From: Trichoplax adhaerens
Taxonomy: Eukaryota > Animalia > Placozoa
Direction: 5' to 3'
NCBI RefSeq assembly: GCF_000150275.1
Contig: NW_002060945.1
Span: forward strand, 4,265,397-4,329,396
Length of the DNA stretch: 64,000 nt
The translations under genes were made by a program, and so were the position numbers. Numbering within the stretch: position 1 is the first letter of the stretch; the number at the start of each line of letters is the position of its first letter. Of this stretch, positions 38,713 to 52,397 are shown piece after piece. The notes beneath the pieces were generated by a model. It was not told the DNA's origin, searched no databases, and was given only the letters and a program-made list of their open reading frames with translations.

Positions 38713-39189
38713 GTAATCGCTTATCAAAAAAATTTATATGACTATTACGACTACTTTTCTGACATTAGTATTGCTGAGTATTCGCAAGTATTGACAATTG
38801 ATGTTTTAGCGTCAGATTGTACGGTAACTGTACGATTATAGACTACATTACAGTACTTTTCCGTCATGTTATAAGTCCCCTTTCTCTAAGGATAGGGTTT
38901 TGTTACTAAATCAAATTCCTTTACAATTTTGAATAGACGATCAAACGCCCTTTCTTTAGATTAGGCAATTGCTCTAGGGCTACTTCTATAGTAGTCTATA
39001 TAATACCTTGTAAAATAATGAAGAAGAAAAGATGGCGACATGATGATTTGGCAGGGTAAAACTTAAAGACACTATCACTTTCTAGGTATTTTCTATAGTA
39101 AAATAATACTAGTTACATACTAAAAGCTATAAAGGACTCTACTTTTAGTCCTTTACTACACAGGTTAAAGCACATACGCATGTACACCG

Positions 39190-39930
39190 CAATATCTTTT
39201 TTAAATAAAAAGTCAAACAAGTTCGATCCACTTCTTACTTGTTACTACTACAAAAATATATGCTTTCTGCTAAAGCTGTAGACTTTATTTTTAGATACCA
39301 AAGCACTAAAGATCAAAGTAGTAAATACTATCTAGCTAGCTTACTTTTTGTTAAGATTAAAATGTACCAGCCATCGTTATCACTTACTGCAAGATAATAG
39401 CTAAGAACGCTATCGGTATTGCTTTGCTCTTACCATACCGCACTATCGTACTCATGTAAGCACAATATCTTTTTCAATAATAAGTTAAATAAGTTCGAAC
39501 CTATTTTTATTCATTACTACTACAAAAATATAGTTTCTGCTCAAGTTGTAGACTCTATTCTGAGATATCCATAACGCTGAGGAACCAAGTAGAAAATGCT
39601 ATCTAACTTGCTTTTTGTTAATATCAAAATATATGGCAAGCATACATCATAGCAGATTGATGCACAGACCATTGCCATCACCCACTTGAGAATAATAACA
39701 CATATAATTATGAATGTAATCGGCAGTACTTTACTTTTGGCTAATGTTATGTAGAGGAGATTATACATAACTATATACAGTAGAAAAATTAGTAAGATAG
39801 CGTTCAATGATTAGGTGTCTGGCTTATTCTCTGTACATTATACTTCGTGTGATTCCGTAAACCCACACCAAGAAACAATACATAACAGCTAGTATTTTCA
39901 ATCTTAGTAAACTTTGTTTGCAGTATTGGA
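39190..39930 (-). pseudogene. Decayed multi-pass membrane protein fragment, GPCR TM5-TM7-like, with a tandemly duplicated C-terminal part
   Basis: ENTSCYVLF (ECL2-like), NAILLIFLLYIVMYNLLY, KSKVLPITFIIICVIILKWV and NYIFVVVMNKNRFELI. Segment 39464-39740 is a diverged direct repeat of 39190-39435, whose copy reads KSKAIPIAFLAIILQ*VITM. Confidence 0.4.
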
Positions 39931-40990
39931 TTATAGAAAACTAGTTAAGACTCTATTGCATTACAGTAAACGGCATTTTAATTTATATTGATGACAGAAA
40001 AGTCAAATTTTACTAAAAGCATAAAGAATAATTTATAGGCGTTATTCCAGCTAGATTGAGTAATACTTGAGTATGAGTGTAAATACGTTAAGCAAAAGTT
40101 CCCATGACCTCTAAAACAGGTAGCAAAACTGAGCTAAATAATGAGTGCTAAATATTTCGATTTCTATATTTCTATCACACTAAAATTAATTATGTTATGG
40201 TCAGAAGATATACTGACACAATGTATAAATTACAGATGCCCATATATTGCTCTGAAAATATCATATTGACTAATAAGGAGCCAATAAATTCTCTATCGTT
40301 TATCTAAATTTATAGCGATAGTATAGGCATAGTATTAACACTATAATCTTACCTGTCTTATTTGAGCCACAATAAAAAGTTTTCATTCCGGTTTAAACTA
40401 TGTAGAGTAGCTGGCGATTGATACACTTATAAGATGTATTTCTCTGTACGGATTTCCTTGTAGGCTTAGCATATCTACAACTAGCTATAGCAGTGTAATC
40501 ACTTAATATTGTAAGATATTGACTTTATTTTTAACCTCTTTAGTAAAAATAATGTCCATATCGATTGACTCAAAGAGCTTTTCGATATAACCCATCCAAA
40601 TATTGGATATGAAAGTCTACTCATAACAAATTACTTGTAAATATGATAATTATGAGTTTATTTATGGGTTATAGTTGGTTTAGCACTATTGAGCAACATT
40701 ATCGAAAAGAGCTACCAAAGTTGCAGCTGCTTTTTAATATATCTATTATAAAGCATTACTTCATAAAATTTTTACAAAGATTATACAGTTATAGAAAGAG
40801 TTTAATTGCAGCTATAGTACATAATTTGAAAAAAAGTTCCAATAAAAACATTATGCTCATTCATTGGGTGTATAGCATAAATAAGGGTAAAAGATATCCA
40901 GATTTGATCTTAGATCATATAATCTGCAAAAAATAGCTTTTAAACTGTGATTTTGGATGTTATTATTCCCATGATACCTAGATTGGATAT

Positions 40991-43900
40991 TTATAGATTA
41001 TACATGAATTTCCATGCTTTAGTCGACGATATTTCAGCAACGTAAACGGAAGAATCATTGCTGGATTTTGCACAGGCAACATCATGAGGTCGATATAGTG
41101 CCTGTAAAAAGATAAAAAATAAACTATTAGGTTAATAAATGATTGACTTTAGGCGTTTATCTGATTGAGTCTAGTTAAAACCGTAAATGAACAGGTTAGT
41201 CTAATGTAGAATTTATTAATTCATTTTTAAGAATGGGAAGGTAGCGTATCATTAAAGTTCCATTACTTATTTTATAGAATAGAAAGTTTATCAAATTTAT
41301 TAAGTATTCAATAACATTATCTAGCTCTCAGCATTAATCACTAGTAGTGACTGAGGTGGGAAATCTCAAATCAATGATTAATCCCGCGTAGCTATCAAAT
41401 ATCATAAACTAGTTCACGATATACCAAAGGCCTGAAATACTCAATATCGTGCTATAGAATGCCATTGTGATCAGTTACCCTAGTCTATACAATTTCCTTG
41501 CATATATCTAAATTTACCTTATGTTTGGGTTTCCAAGTTTGGAGTGGTTCTCCTGTAGAAGCGTCAAGGGTTACTCCAGGAATACCATTAGGATAATCCT
41601 TTCCACTCTCATCATAAGAGACTATATAAAGAATACCACCTAGTCGACATCGACAAATAATTAATACAGTATTAATTTTATGATTGTACAAAATCTAGAA
41701 TCGCCACTTAGTTTCCGAAACTCTATCGAGTTTATAAATACTAGCATTAACTCAAAGATGCTTTACTGAAAAGTTTTATTATACGTATGTATATATATAT
41801 ATATATATGTGTATATGCGAGTGTATTTAATCAATTCTACAACGACTGTGATAAAGCAATAAAAATCATAAGCATTACTACGTCGGCTGTAAATAGACTA
41901 TTTATTTCCTCTGTTACCAGTAAATTACAAGTAACAATTTCTTTGAGATTATCGAATGGCATCTTTCTAGTAAATGCCTAACATATTGTAGTTTTAATAT
42001 AGTCATTTATGCTGTAATTTTTATTAAAAATATTCTCTCTAGGCAACTAATTGTAGCCATTCTCGGTTTCGAGTCAAACTATTCTACAATTGAATAAAAT
42101 TCCTTCTTGTTCAGCCAACTAACTGATTACGAAAGCTAGTCAATACTATTGTTAATACTGTCATTATATCCACCGCTGCTAATTAAAAATCTATGCCACG
42201 TGCTTGAATAAATCATTATATCATTAGATAGTGTTGTATGTAGACTATCTGTATCGCTAAAATATATTCTAATCATGTTGACTGCGAGAAAATTACTTGA
42301 AATTTAAGTCGAAATTCTCTAGAATATTTATACTAATTGAATTTTCAATAATTCCTGATCACGTATTAGTTCATACCATGTAAAGGGCTAAAGTCTATAC
42401 CATAAGGTTTAATGGCTACACTACCCAAGGGAAATTGCTTTAAGATCCGGCCTTCATCCACGCTCATTACTTGAACACGGTAGTTCTCGCGATCAGCTAT
42501 ATAAAGTAATCTCTTTTGGGGGTCTATCGCTAGGCCATGAGGAACAGCAAAAACTCCTAAGGGTTGATGCGCTAAACATTTGAAAACAAGAAAAATTTTA
42601 ATAATCCAATAGCAATAACTATTAGATAGTGATCAGTCTGTTTTCCAGTCGAGAGTAAAATGTTATTTAGACTAGATTTGAGCCAGGATTCCAATTTAAC
42701 TAGGCTGAAATATGTTTAATAGGAGATTTATGTACTACTGTATCAAAAATTAGTGGCAATCTTCTATGCCAATAAATACTTACTTCCAAAGCCTTGAGCA
42801 CCAATATGACTGATAACATTTCCACCGGAAGAAAATTGTAATACGCGACCATTGCAGTAACTGTCATTGATAATAGAATTAAATAGAATAAAGCTCAGGC
42901 AATGATACAGTTCAAACGATGGAAGAATATTAAATAGTCAAGAAAAGCATAAAATAGTAGAGGCTTTTAAGATATCTTGCAATAGATCAGTTGTAAGGTG
43001 AAAATGACAGAGAAATTTTTATATATTAATAGGGTTCAATTAGCGTCATATATTGTGATTACGAATGGCTAAGGTAAGTGTAAGCAGTATGAAGTCGATA
43101 TAAATAAATGCTTTTTTTACTCTCCCAAAGCAATGGTTACCAAGCTTTAGAATACAAAACATATAAGTAAATTTAAAAAAAAATCTTTAAGTTCTTACCC
43201 GTCAGATACGAAGAAATTTTTGGTTTTTTCGTCTACGGCAACCATAGTTGGCTTACAAAAATGATGCACATCCTTTCCTGGTGAAAATTTTTGACCCAGT
43301 TTCATCAAAACTTTGCCGTTCTTATCGAGTTTTATTACCTTTAATGAAAATAACAGTGGTTATTCTTGGTTAATTTTGACGCTTCGCAAATTATAAGTTT
43401 AAAATGGTTACAACAACCATGTATATTAATCATTCTGCTATGACAGTATCTCATCGTATATGGTCTCAAGCTGCCAATTGTTTATAAGATAAAAAACTGA
43501 AATATTGCCAAGTTCTACTACACATAACGGTTTATAAAGGCTATGATATGTACAGTCTTATAAAATAAGCAATTGTAATTGTAAGAAAAAATTAAATAAG
43601 TATATAATATTTAGTGATTTTTAATAATTCTGTAACTTTTAATATGGCCGTGCAAGAATTTACTATATGAAATAGCTACTCGTAAGCTTGATCATAGCCC
43701 TAAGTGTAGCTAGGGAAGTTTGCGTATTCATGATGGTATATTGTGTTATTAGTAGAAGCGTATAAGCAAAAGTTGCGTGATTAAAAGAATTAATTTACAA
43801 GCCCTCTCAGAATAGCTGACAGCGGAAATGTGTTCTATATTGTGCCATAGTCAATCGATTCTGATAATGTTATAAACATTCGTGGGAAATTCTACGCTAC

Positions 43901-46900
43901 TCATCACCGATGTTACCAGTTTTTGATGGTAAGAAATAGTTAAATATTTAGAACGGGTATACAAACCATCCTACTTCACTGCTTATCTTAGTTAATTAAA
44001 CCCTGTTATCAATAACTAGAGTTATTACTGTGCTATATTTTGTAACATTATAAAATAATAAAATTCTTTTTCTGCTATAAAATTGCCATGTGTAGTAAAA
44101 ACCAGCTCTAAAGATTATTTCAGTAGTGCATGAAACTTAGCTACTGCAGCTTTAGAGATATTTTTACGGTACAACGTGTTGAGATAGCATAAGAGTACCG
44201 TCATTTCTTACTTACTTGATGAAGTGCAACATCTGTTACCCATATATTAAAGTCATGATCAACGGTCAGTCCGTGAGGTAAATAAAACCTAAATAAAAGG
44301 TGTCTCGAATGAGTCATTTAGCGGTAAAAGGACTACTACGACGTCATAAATATAACATTATGTTATAAAGTTTATCCGATAAATTGTTTACATTTTTGCT
44401 CCAAAGGTAGCCATTACTTTTCCGGTTTTAGGATGTAATTTTAAGATAGTTGGCTCTGAAATTGGATCACGAGCATCTCTATATATATTCTGTTCATCGA
44501 ACGTACTGTAATAATTAGGGGCAATGAAAAAAATTGATTAGAACTCGGTAAATATCGCATTTTAATCTGTGATTGAGGGAACTCCTTCAATAATTTTAAG
44601 TATTATACGACAAGTTATCATAACTCAATACGTTTGAACTGACTTATAAATGGTATGAAATAGACGTAAGACTGACCTAGGACCCCATGTATGCTTCCCT
44701 CGATGAAATATATAGACGTAATTATTTCTATCAACATCAACTGAAGAAACTTGGCCAATTTTTAGTTTTTTAACAGCGTTAGACCAAGTTTGATCTTCCA
44801 TAAGGGGAAGGAGCCGAGAGATAGCACTGCGCTTGTATTCTGCGGTTTGGTCAGTATCCATAAACTCTCTAATATAGTAATTATACAGAAAGATGAGTCG
44901 CTTACCTTAAAATGATAATTTTATGGACGTAAATTATCACTTTATCATATCTAAAATATCTATAATATAACTAGCGGTATTTATCATTCCTAATAAGATA
45001 TATCGAACATAAATACCAATCACACCCAAATAAGATATGTTGTAAGCTTTATTGCAATCACAAGATTAAAAAGGAAGACTTAATACGTGGATAACTGAAT
45101 ACTGTGGGTGATCATTTCATATCGTAGCAATTATTAACAGCAAGTTAATGATAATTAATTATAGTAGTAAGTGCAAAAATATCAAAAAATTGAATTTTAG
45201 GCTAAACTATCACCAACCATACGTAGGATAGGTAATCGCGATAAGTAAGTTATGAAATACTATTATCAGTGAACTAATAGACAATTTTAAACATGTCCGT
45301 AAATATGAAGTAGCGACGCCTTAAGCCTTGCTTTCAATAAATAGATAGTAATTATTCCTTTAGAATCTTACACAAATATCTGATATACGCATACGGAAAT
45401 CGTATGGTAACAAAATTTAAGCAGCGGCCTTAGATGTAACATATTAATCCATTTCTGATATTTCGTCAATATACCTTTCGTCGTCATAATCACGTTCGAG
45501 CTCACGATCTAAACGGTTCATGTAATCGGTTACTTCTTTCGGTGATGAGCGGAAGCAAGCAGAATTAGTCATTTCAGAGCTTCGACTATCGACTGCGTAC
45601 ATGATATACACATTACACATTTCATCATTCATTCCACCCCTATAGGTAAAATAAGGATTATGTTTTAACCTTTTAAATTATAGTCAGCATACGTGAATAG
45701 TATTATCAATCATTAATCCATCCCCTTACCCACTAGTGGTAACTTTATTACGTTTAGTGGAATCATAACTGCATCTTGCTGCAATGTAATCGCCCCGCTG
45801 GATATCAATGGTCTTTTCCATTGGATAAAAAACCTGAAATCAAGGGAATAATAGGTGCAGATGTAGTTTACTACTAAATTGACGGATATTTTACATAATC
45901 ATTCTACTAAATAGTTTACGAATATATACAAGTAACGGTAATAATCAAATATTACAACGGCCAAACTTAGTTCTAATACTAACTTGAGGTTTTTGAGCAC
46001 TTCTCTTAACTATTTTCGTCCACTCTCCGTCCCGAATTCGATATGCACTAATATCGCGACCTGCAGCACCAAAAGTAGAAAAAGGATCATTATCATATTT
46101 ATGGCTCAGCAGTTGCTAATATCACAGTAATTTCGCTATACTTTCATGGAATGGAAATTATAGGATTAACATTAATCATTTTTACCCAGTATACAAACTT
46201 TATTTACCTAAAGCATGAGCGTGAACACGGACTGAAATTGGATGTAATGGATAAGTAACCTCATTCATACGACAAAGAACGTCGGTGTTAGTCCCTAAGT
46301 AGCGAATGTTGGAGGAAAGAATTAGTAAAGTCAGGCTGTTTCCAATTCTTGACCTTACATATCTATCTAAACTATCAACAGTTGATGATCATGAATATTT
46401 ATAGATACTATTGGTAAATTATTTTATATAAATGTGCAATTTCTATTTAACTTACAAAAATGTACTCTAATCGAATGAAAAGAGTCATGACTGCAGTCAA
46501 GTAAATAGAAATCGATAAAGGACATTATGACGATATTACTCTCACATGATGAGCACTTACTTTTGGTATTTGGAGGAATATAAATATTCATTGGTCCAGT
46601 AAGATAAATATCAGCACGATATCTTTGCCTATTTAAATATAATACGGGAATTATGTACTATTAATAACTGGTGGCATGCCAGATATTAGTACTGTTATTT
46701 CTAATAATCTATTCTTTTGCCAGAAAATGAACGATATCGCACGGGAACGTATTTGTGCGAATAGTTGACATAGATTACTTACGGAATGCTGGTGGCGTAA
46801 TAACCAATACCAGAATAATCTTTTTTGCCACCTAGAAAAGGAAAACAATAAAGTTGGAGTATAGCTTTGGACTAATTCTAAGTTACGAGTCACATTCAGA

Positions 46901-49900
46901 ACTTGTTGCAGTTTATGGCAAAGATCAAACGATCAAATATTTTTACGTCATTAACAAGCTAAGATTGCAAAAATTATTAACATTTTGCTCTCTATTAGAT
47001 TCACATAAGTAATATTAATATAAGATAAAATTCAGCATTACTGTATTGGATTCGATTTTATTCTATTCGCTGGTTTACTTCATATTATTACTGAGATTAG
47101 ACTAACCTTTAAATTTATCAACTTTTGCATAGTGAACTTGAGTTACAATGTAGCGAACTCTTGTCGCTTTTCCAACGGTGAAAGCAATGTCTATATTAAT
47201 TAATGATGAAAATAAATACGAGAAAAGATATAGAAATTGCCTTGACTTTGATATAAAGGAAAGAATTTGTTAATCTTTAATGTTCTCCTATACTCGTAAA
47301 TATAATTGAAATTTGACATCAACCTTTAGGTAACTCATAGGATTTATAACCAGCATTATGAGCCCAAGCGTAGAGAATACTTGTCCTATCGTTACAAACT
47401 GGAACCATTTCTCCACATTTCCTGTATAATAACAATTAAAGTGAAATAAGAATGGAATACAATTAGCTCGGGTTCAACCATAGGATATTTCCCTGAATTT
47501 TTCAAGGTCATGATTTATGTAGAACAGATGTTACGGAAAATCCGTTGGATTTGAAAAATGATAGGTGTAACAACCGAGTATTTACTATTTTCTATTTATT
47601 TCATTTGTATTTGGGTTAATTTCAATCAGCTATTTTCAAGCTGTAATTAGCCTTTAAAGGAACTATGTCGTAGACTTTTCATGTCAGTTTTTTATTACCC
47701 ACAGTCGCCATATGATGTGATTTAGTGTTTTATGGCTACGCATTTAATTATTCATTTATGTTTATATGTTGAGCTTTTGTACTGCTAGCAATTAAGAAAG
47801 CTGATCCGTATCTTAGCTATTTTAATCAATCATAAGTATACTGATTTCTCTCCTGATAGTACTTTTACGGTGTTAATATTAGCTTCTACAATGATACTTT
47901 TATATGCTAGATGGCGTAGTCCAATTTGCGATTTTAATAATGAAGTAATGCATATAAGTGCTTCATTAACTATAAATGACCTGTAATATTGAGGAGTTAC
48001 AGCTTCTAAGAATTAATTGTGCTAATAATGCTAACAATGATTATTAACAACCTGATGTTAACGAACATTGTCGTCTTAATTTTAGCTAAAGATAACTTGT
48101 ATCTGCATTGATACCGGTAAGATTAGCGACTTACCATACACCTGTTTTCTTGACAGGGTCAGAACATCCAAAGAGTAACATATGGTGAGCAGTTTTTGGC
48201 TCTGTTATCGGCTTGTATTTACCTATTAGTAATATAGCACGATATTGTTATCACAATCAGAAAGTACTTCATTTAATTCTATCCAGCAATTGAGTTTGAA
48301 CACAAAAGAAATCAATAATTTAAAAGAATGGACAGGTCTTGATTACCATTTATGAATAATCATTATTTTTTGCCACTTATCGCTTAATTTTACGCTTAAT
48401 CATACATGAATATATTTAGTACGGCAGCTAGTTAATATTTTATGTATCAAAAACGATGATCACGAACACAAAATGGATTCAATCAATAGTGACAGAGCCG
48501 TTTAATCTTTAAAGTATTTATGCAATTTAACTACTTAGCTTAGTTTATTACTTATTCTAAGGCTATGACGTAAATTTACTAAAAGTAATGAACTATATTC
48601 TAATTAATAATGCATTAAGTTATTAAAGTAAAATCGAATCAATAATCTCAATACTGTTTATATAGTTTGAGGCCTGCAGCAAAAAGTAAGCCATTTGTAA
48701 GCTTAAAAGCTATGCTTTAGAACTGTATTTTTAGTGATTATACAGCTTTCTTTCGGTTTATCACAACTAATTTGACGAGATTAGTATTGAATAACGCTTC
48801 AGTAACTATTAAGCTTAATAAATATTTTTACTTTTATTCCATTTTCATAAGTGTTTAGTATTTTTCTTTTACAGAAAAAATAATGAAAAATCCGAACTAA
48901 TTGAGAATTACTTCATGTTCAGGTGCAGTTAATATTTTTGTTTTACGCAAAGAATATTTCTGTTACCATTTTTTAAATGAAAGATACATCTGCGTTCGCT
49001 CCGAACAGCTAAAAATTTTCAATATTGCAGAGTCATTTTCTGCTAATTTTATGACGATAAGGATGAAGTTAAAAGCGAACTACATCAATATTTGGGTGAT
49101 ACAGTATTATGTGATACCCTATTAATAATTTATGTCAGTATTCCATGATTAGGTTTTAAATATAAATTAATCTTCTAGGATATTAAAGTATCGATATAAT
49201 GAGTATTTATAATTTATACAACAATATACTATTTCATATTACATTCCTTTTAACTGTAGTAATTTAGGAGTAATATATCAACAATATTAAATATTTCTAA
49301 AACCACAAATAGCCTTATCTTGTGATACCATTATGCATTCTTGCTAGGAAAATTATTAACCCGTAGCGGATTATTGATCATTTTAAAATATTAACTCTTC
49401 TTAAAATGATTACATTTTGTTCATGTATTAATATTGTACATTTTCGCCAATTACTGTGTAATAACTTTCAATAACGGAAGAAGAATATAATATTGATAAG
49501 AGTTTATGAAATACGGATTAAAATCTCTAAGAGCTACCGTACTTACGTATATATAAGTAATCTTCTTTAACTTCTTTTACTGTGCAGAAATAATCATCTT
49601 GCTATATGAAAATAAAACATCAAGATCAATAAAATTCTCTAGTAAAAAATTAGCCATAGCAGCTAAAACAAGTTAATTTGAGTGTGATATATTACATGTT
49701 TATTTGTACGTATCGACCTGAACCAATATACTGTATTAGGAAGCAGAGGCACCTACTCGAGTTTAGTACCTCTTTTAATAGCGACAAGTAAACATGACTG
49801 ATATTATAGCAATCTAGTGTATTAGGAACTAGTCCTTATTATTGAGTAGTTCATAATCAACCTCCAAAAATGATGAAGATGAACAACTATCCTATATGAT

Positions 49901-52397
49901 TACGTAATACGGTAAATTGGAGAATAGAAAACATTTAGCGAAAGTTCAAAACTGCACGCCGTTCTTATTACTGTTATAATTCATGGTTGGTATTTAATTT
50001 AGCATTACAATATTAAGTGCTGATTGAAATTTAGTTTATAAGGATATTTAATGTTGTAAAGTACCCAATAAGATGTAAAGAATATGAAAATTTAATTTTA
50101 GAGGAAGTTAATGCGTCTGAAGGATTACTATTAGTCGAAAATTATTCCCAGGTATAGAGCGAAATGAATAATTAAAACATTTGTTTTCCAGTTGCACTGT
50201 TTAAACAAGCCAATATATAATTCTCTGTTATTTTCTACTGCACCCATGTGTATATAAAAGCATTGTAAACATTGACCAGGAATGCTACAAATTTACTTTC
50301 CTTACAGCAATAAAAATTATATTATTAAAAAAAACAAGCATATAACTCAGGATAAAAATATTTTATAAATTTAGGAGTTATAGTAAATATGGAATGATTA
50401 AATAGAGTAACAGTAAAGCAGAATCTGGTTATAAAAACTACTATATTGGATAGTTTTAAACTAAACTCATTAAAACTTAATCTTGTAGATATAATATAGT
50501 TCATTTACTAATCAAGAGAGAAACTGATGAAATTATTCATGCATAATTAGCAAGGAAAATGATAGTCATAAAAAATTCGACACCTAGCATCATATCATAA
50601 TGTATTTGCATTCATTTCTTAATTCTCTCATCGATGACTGTGGTTATAATTATTTTGTAATACTGTATCATTTTGTGTTAAGATTTGTCAATACTTTACT
50701 CAAGTACCTTAATAATATCCCCGCCGCAATTAAAATTTTTTTCAATCAGTGTGTGAGTACGTGACACGATAATAAATTCTTTTTCAACCCTTACTATTCC
50801 AAAAATGTTACTGTTCAATTTTTAATAGCAATATCTTAATAGCAAAGTAAAAAGACGGATTTCCTTCATTTGATGCTTGATTAAAGCTGTAATTTAAATT
50901 CTTATTCAAGCTTACAATTATAAATAGTTATTAAAGAAGTTTTAATAGTGAAATAAATGAAAGATTTTTCTTCAATCAGTGCATCACTATGTGCCAAGCT
51001 CTCTTTCGATAGAAAAAACGCAAGCTATATTGTTAATTCCTGTTAAAAATTTTTAGAATAAAGTAAACCATATCTTCTCATGATTTCCTTAGTGAATTAC
51101 TATCTAACATTACCCAATTGATGCAAAACATAACAATACAAGCGTAGGAAATGATCTCATAAATAGTTAAAACCATCGTTTGAACACTTGGAATGATCAG
51201 AAGACATTAGATGACAAAAAATACAGTATTACTGTTACATCATTCGTTGGAATATTCTGTTTATAAACAATAATTAAATAACTAGTCTATCGAAGGATAC
51301 ATAGTTGGACTCTAGTTTTTGCGTGTACTGTCATCTTATAAGAATAAATACGTTTTACGTATTTGCTATCAGTTATAATTCAAATCCTACAGTAAATTGC
51401 TTTGTTTTTACTGTATGTAGATATTTAAAAAAAATGATATTAATCAATAGCGATAGAATAGGCCAGTATTGATAGATTGCAGGATAACAACGTAATTATA
51501 GGCTAAAAAATAATTTTGCTATAGTCTTACTTATTAAATCATGGTAAAATCATTCAATTTTCCTATCTAAATAAGATATAATAATTGATTCAATAGAGAA
51601 AAAAGCTGAGGGACCAATTAAAATCATGACATCGTTGCTATTAGGTAATAATCATCATCGCCTATAGGATAAACGTCTTGAAATCAGATAGAAAGATTTA
51701 AGTTTCCCCTTCCCCTCACAAGGGAAAATTTTTTCGTATTGGAATGAAGAAAAGTTGAATTTGCGTAATTTAACGTACAGATACACAACACGGACGTTAA
51801 AGTTCTATCGAATGATGATTTAAATAATGAGGGATAGAAAAGACAAATTCACGGGCTTCAAATTACCTGCAACAATATAAAATCAAGAGATTGCATAGCT
51901 GTATACTCTGCCCAAATTAAAAGAATGAGTAAGGTAGAGATTTATTTCAAAGATACCTTGACAGCTCTAAGAAAATCTAGACTATATAAATGTAACAATA
52001 TCGACTCCATTTGATAGTACGCTTCATTGGCGTTGTGATTTAATATTTTTCAAGCCTTTTTTCAATTTTGTTAACTCGTTTAATCGTCGTTAATAAAGCT
52101 ACTATCCATTAAATTAGAACGGAATAGAGCATAAAATCAAGTCTATCGTATCGTTGAAGTAGCCTATCCATTACACGATGTCATCTATGATTACATAGAT
52201 CATTTAAGTCTATTTTATTTTACTCTCTATTTTGTAGTACTTGACCGTCATTCAATCAATTCAGAACTTACTTTTTGGGGCGTAATACCAGGCATGGTGA
52301 TCCTTACTTCTTTAAGAATTTCATCGGTATTACTTAAGACTTGATTTGTGGCACAAGTTATTATTACAAGTAGGAATAAAATGAAATTGTTGGCCAT
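40991..52397 (-). CDS. PAM: Bifunctional peptidylglycine alpha-amidating monooxygenase (signal peptide + PHM + PAL), 19 exons, no transmembrane domain
   Basis: Exon 1 (52397-52272) encodes MANNFILFLLVIITCA...ITMPGITPQK. PHM motifs: DDYFC (~49590), AHHMLLFGC (~48180), LYAWAHNA (~47365), QVHY (~47135), RVHAH (~46220), DEMCNVYIMY (~45615). PAL motifs: FHRG (~44700), FYLPHGLTVD...WVTDVALHQ (~44250), FCKPT, VSDGYCN, VPHGL, ADREN (~42490), RPHDV..YVAEI..AWKF (~41050). TAA at 40993-40991. Splice phases are consistent. Confidence 0.95.
41790..41808. repeat. (TA)n microsatellite in a PAM intron
   Basis: Perfect TA dinucleotide run. Confidence 0.85.

Noticed and set aside
44906-44950. Frame-preserving 45-nt cassette exon in the PAM linker (AG|...|GTAAGC)
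   Set aside because: The downstream intron would be only ~37 nt, and the peptide (YDKVIIYVHKIIIL) looks like AT-rich intron sequence.
51955-52100. ~48-codon open frame ending at AAG|GTATCT inside PAM intron 1
   Set aside because: There is no phase-compatible acceptor for PAM, no recognisable homology and no convincing continuation.
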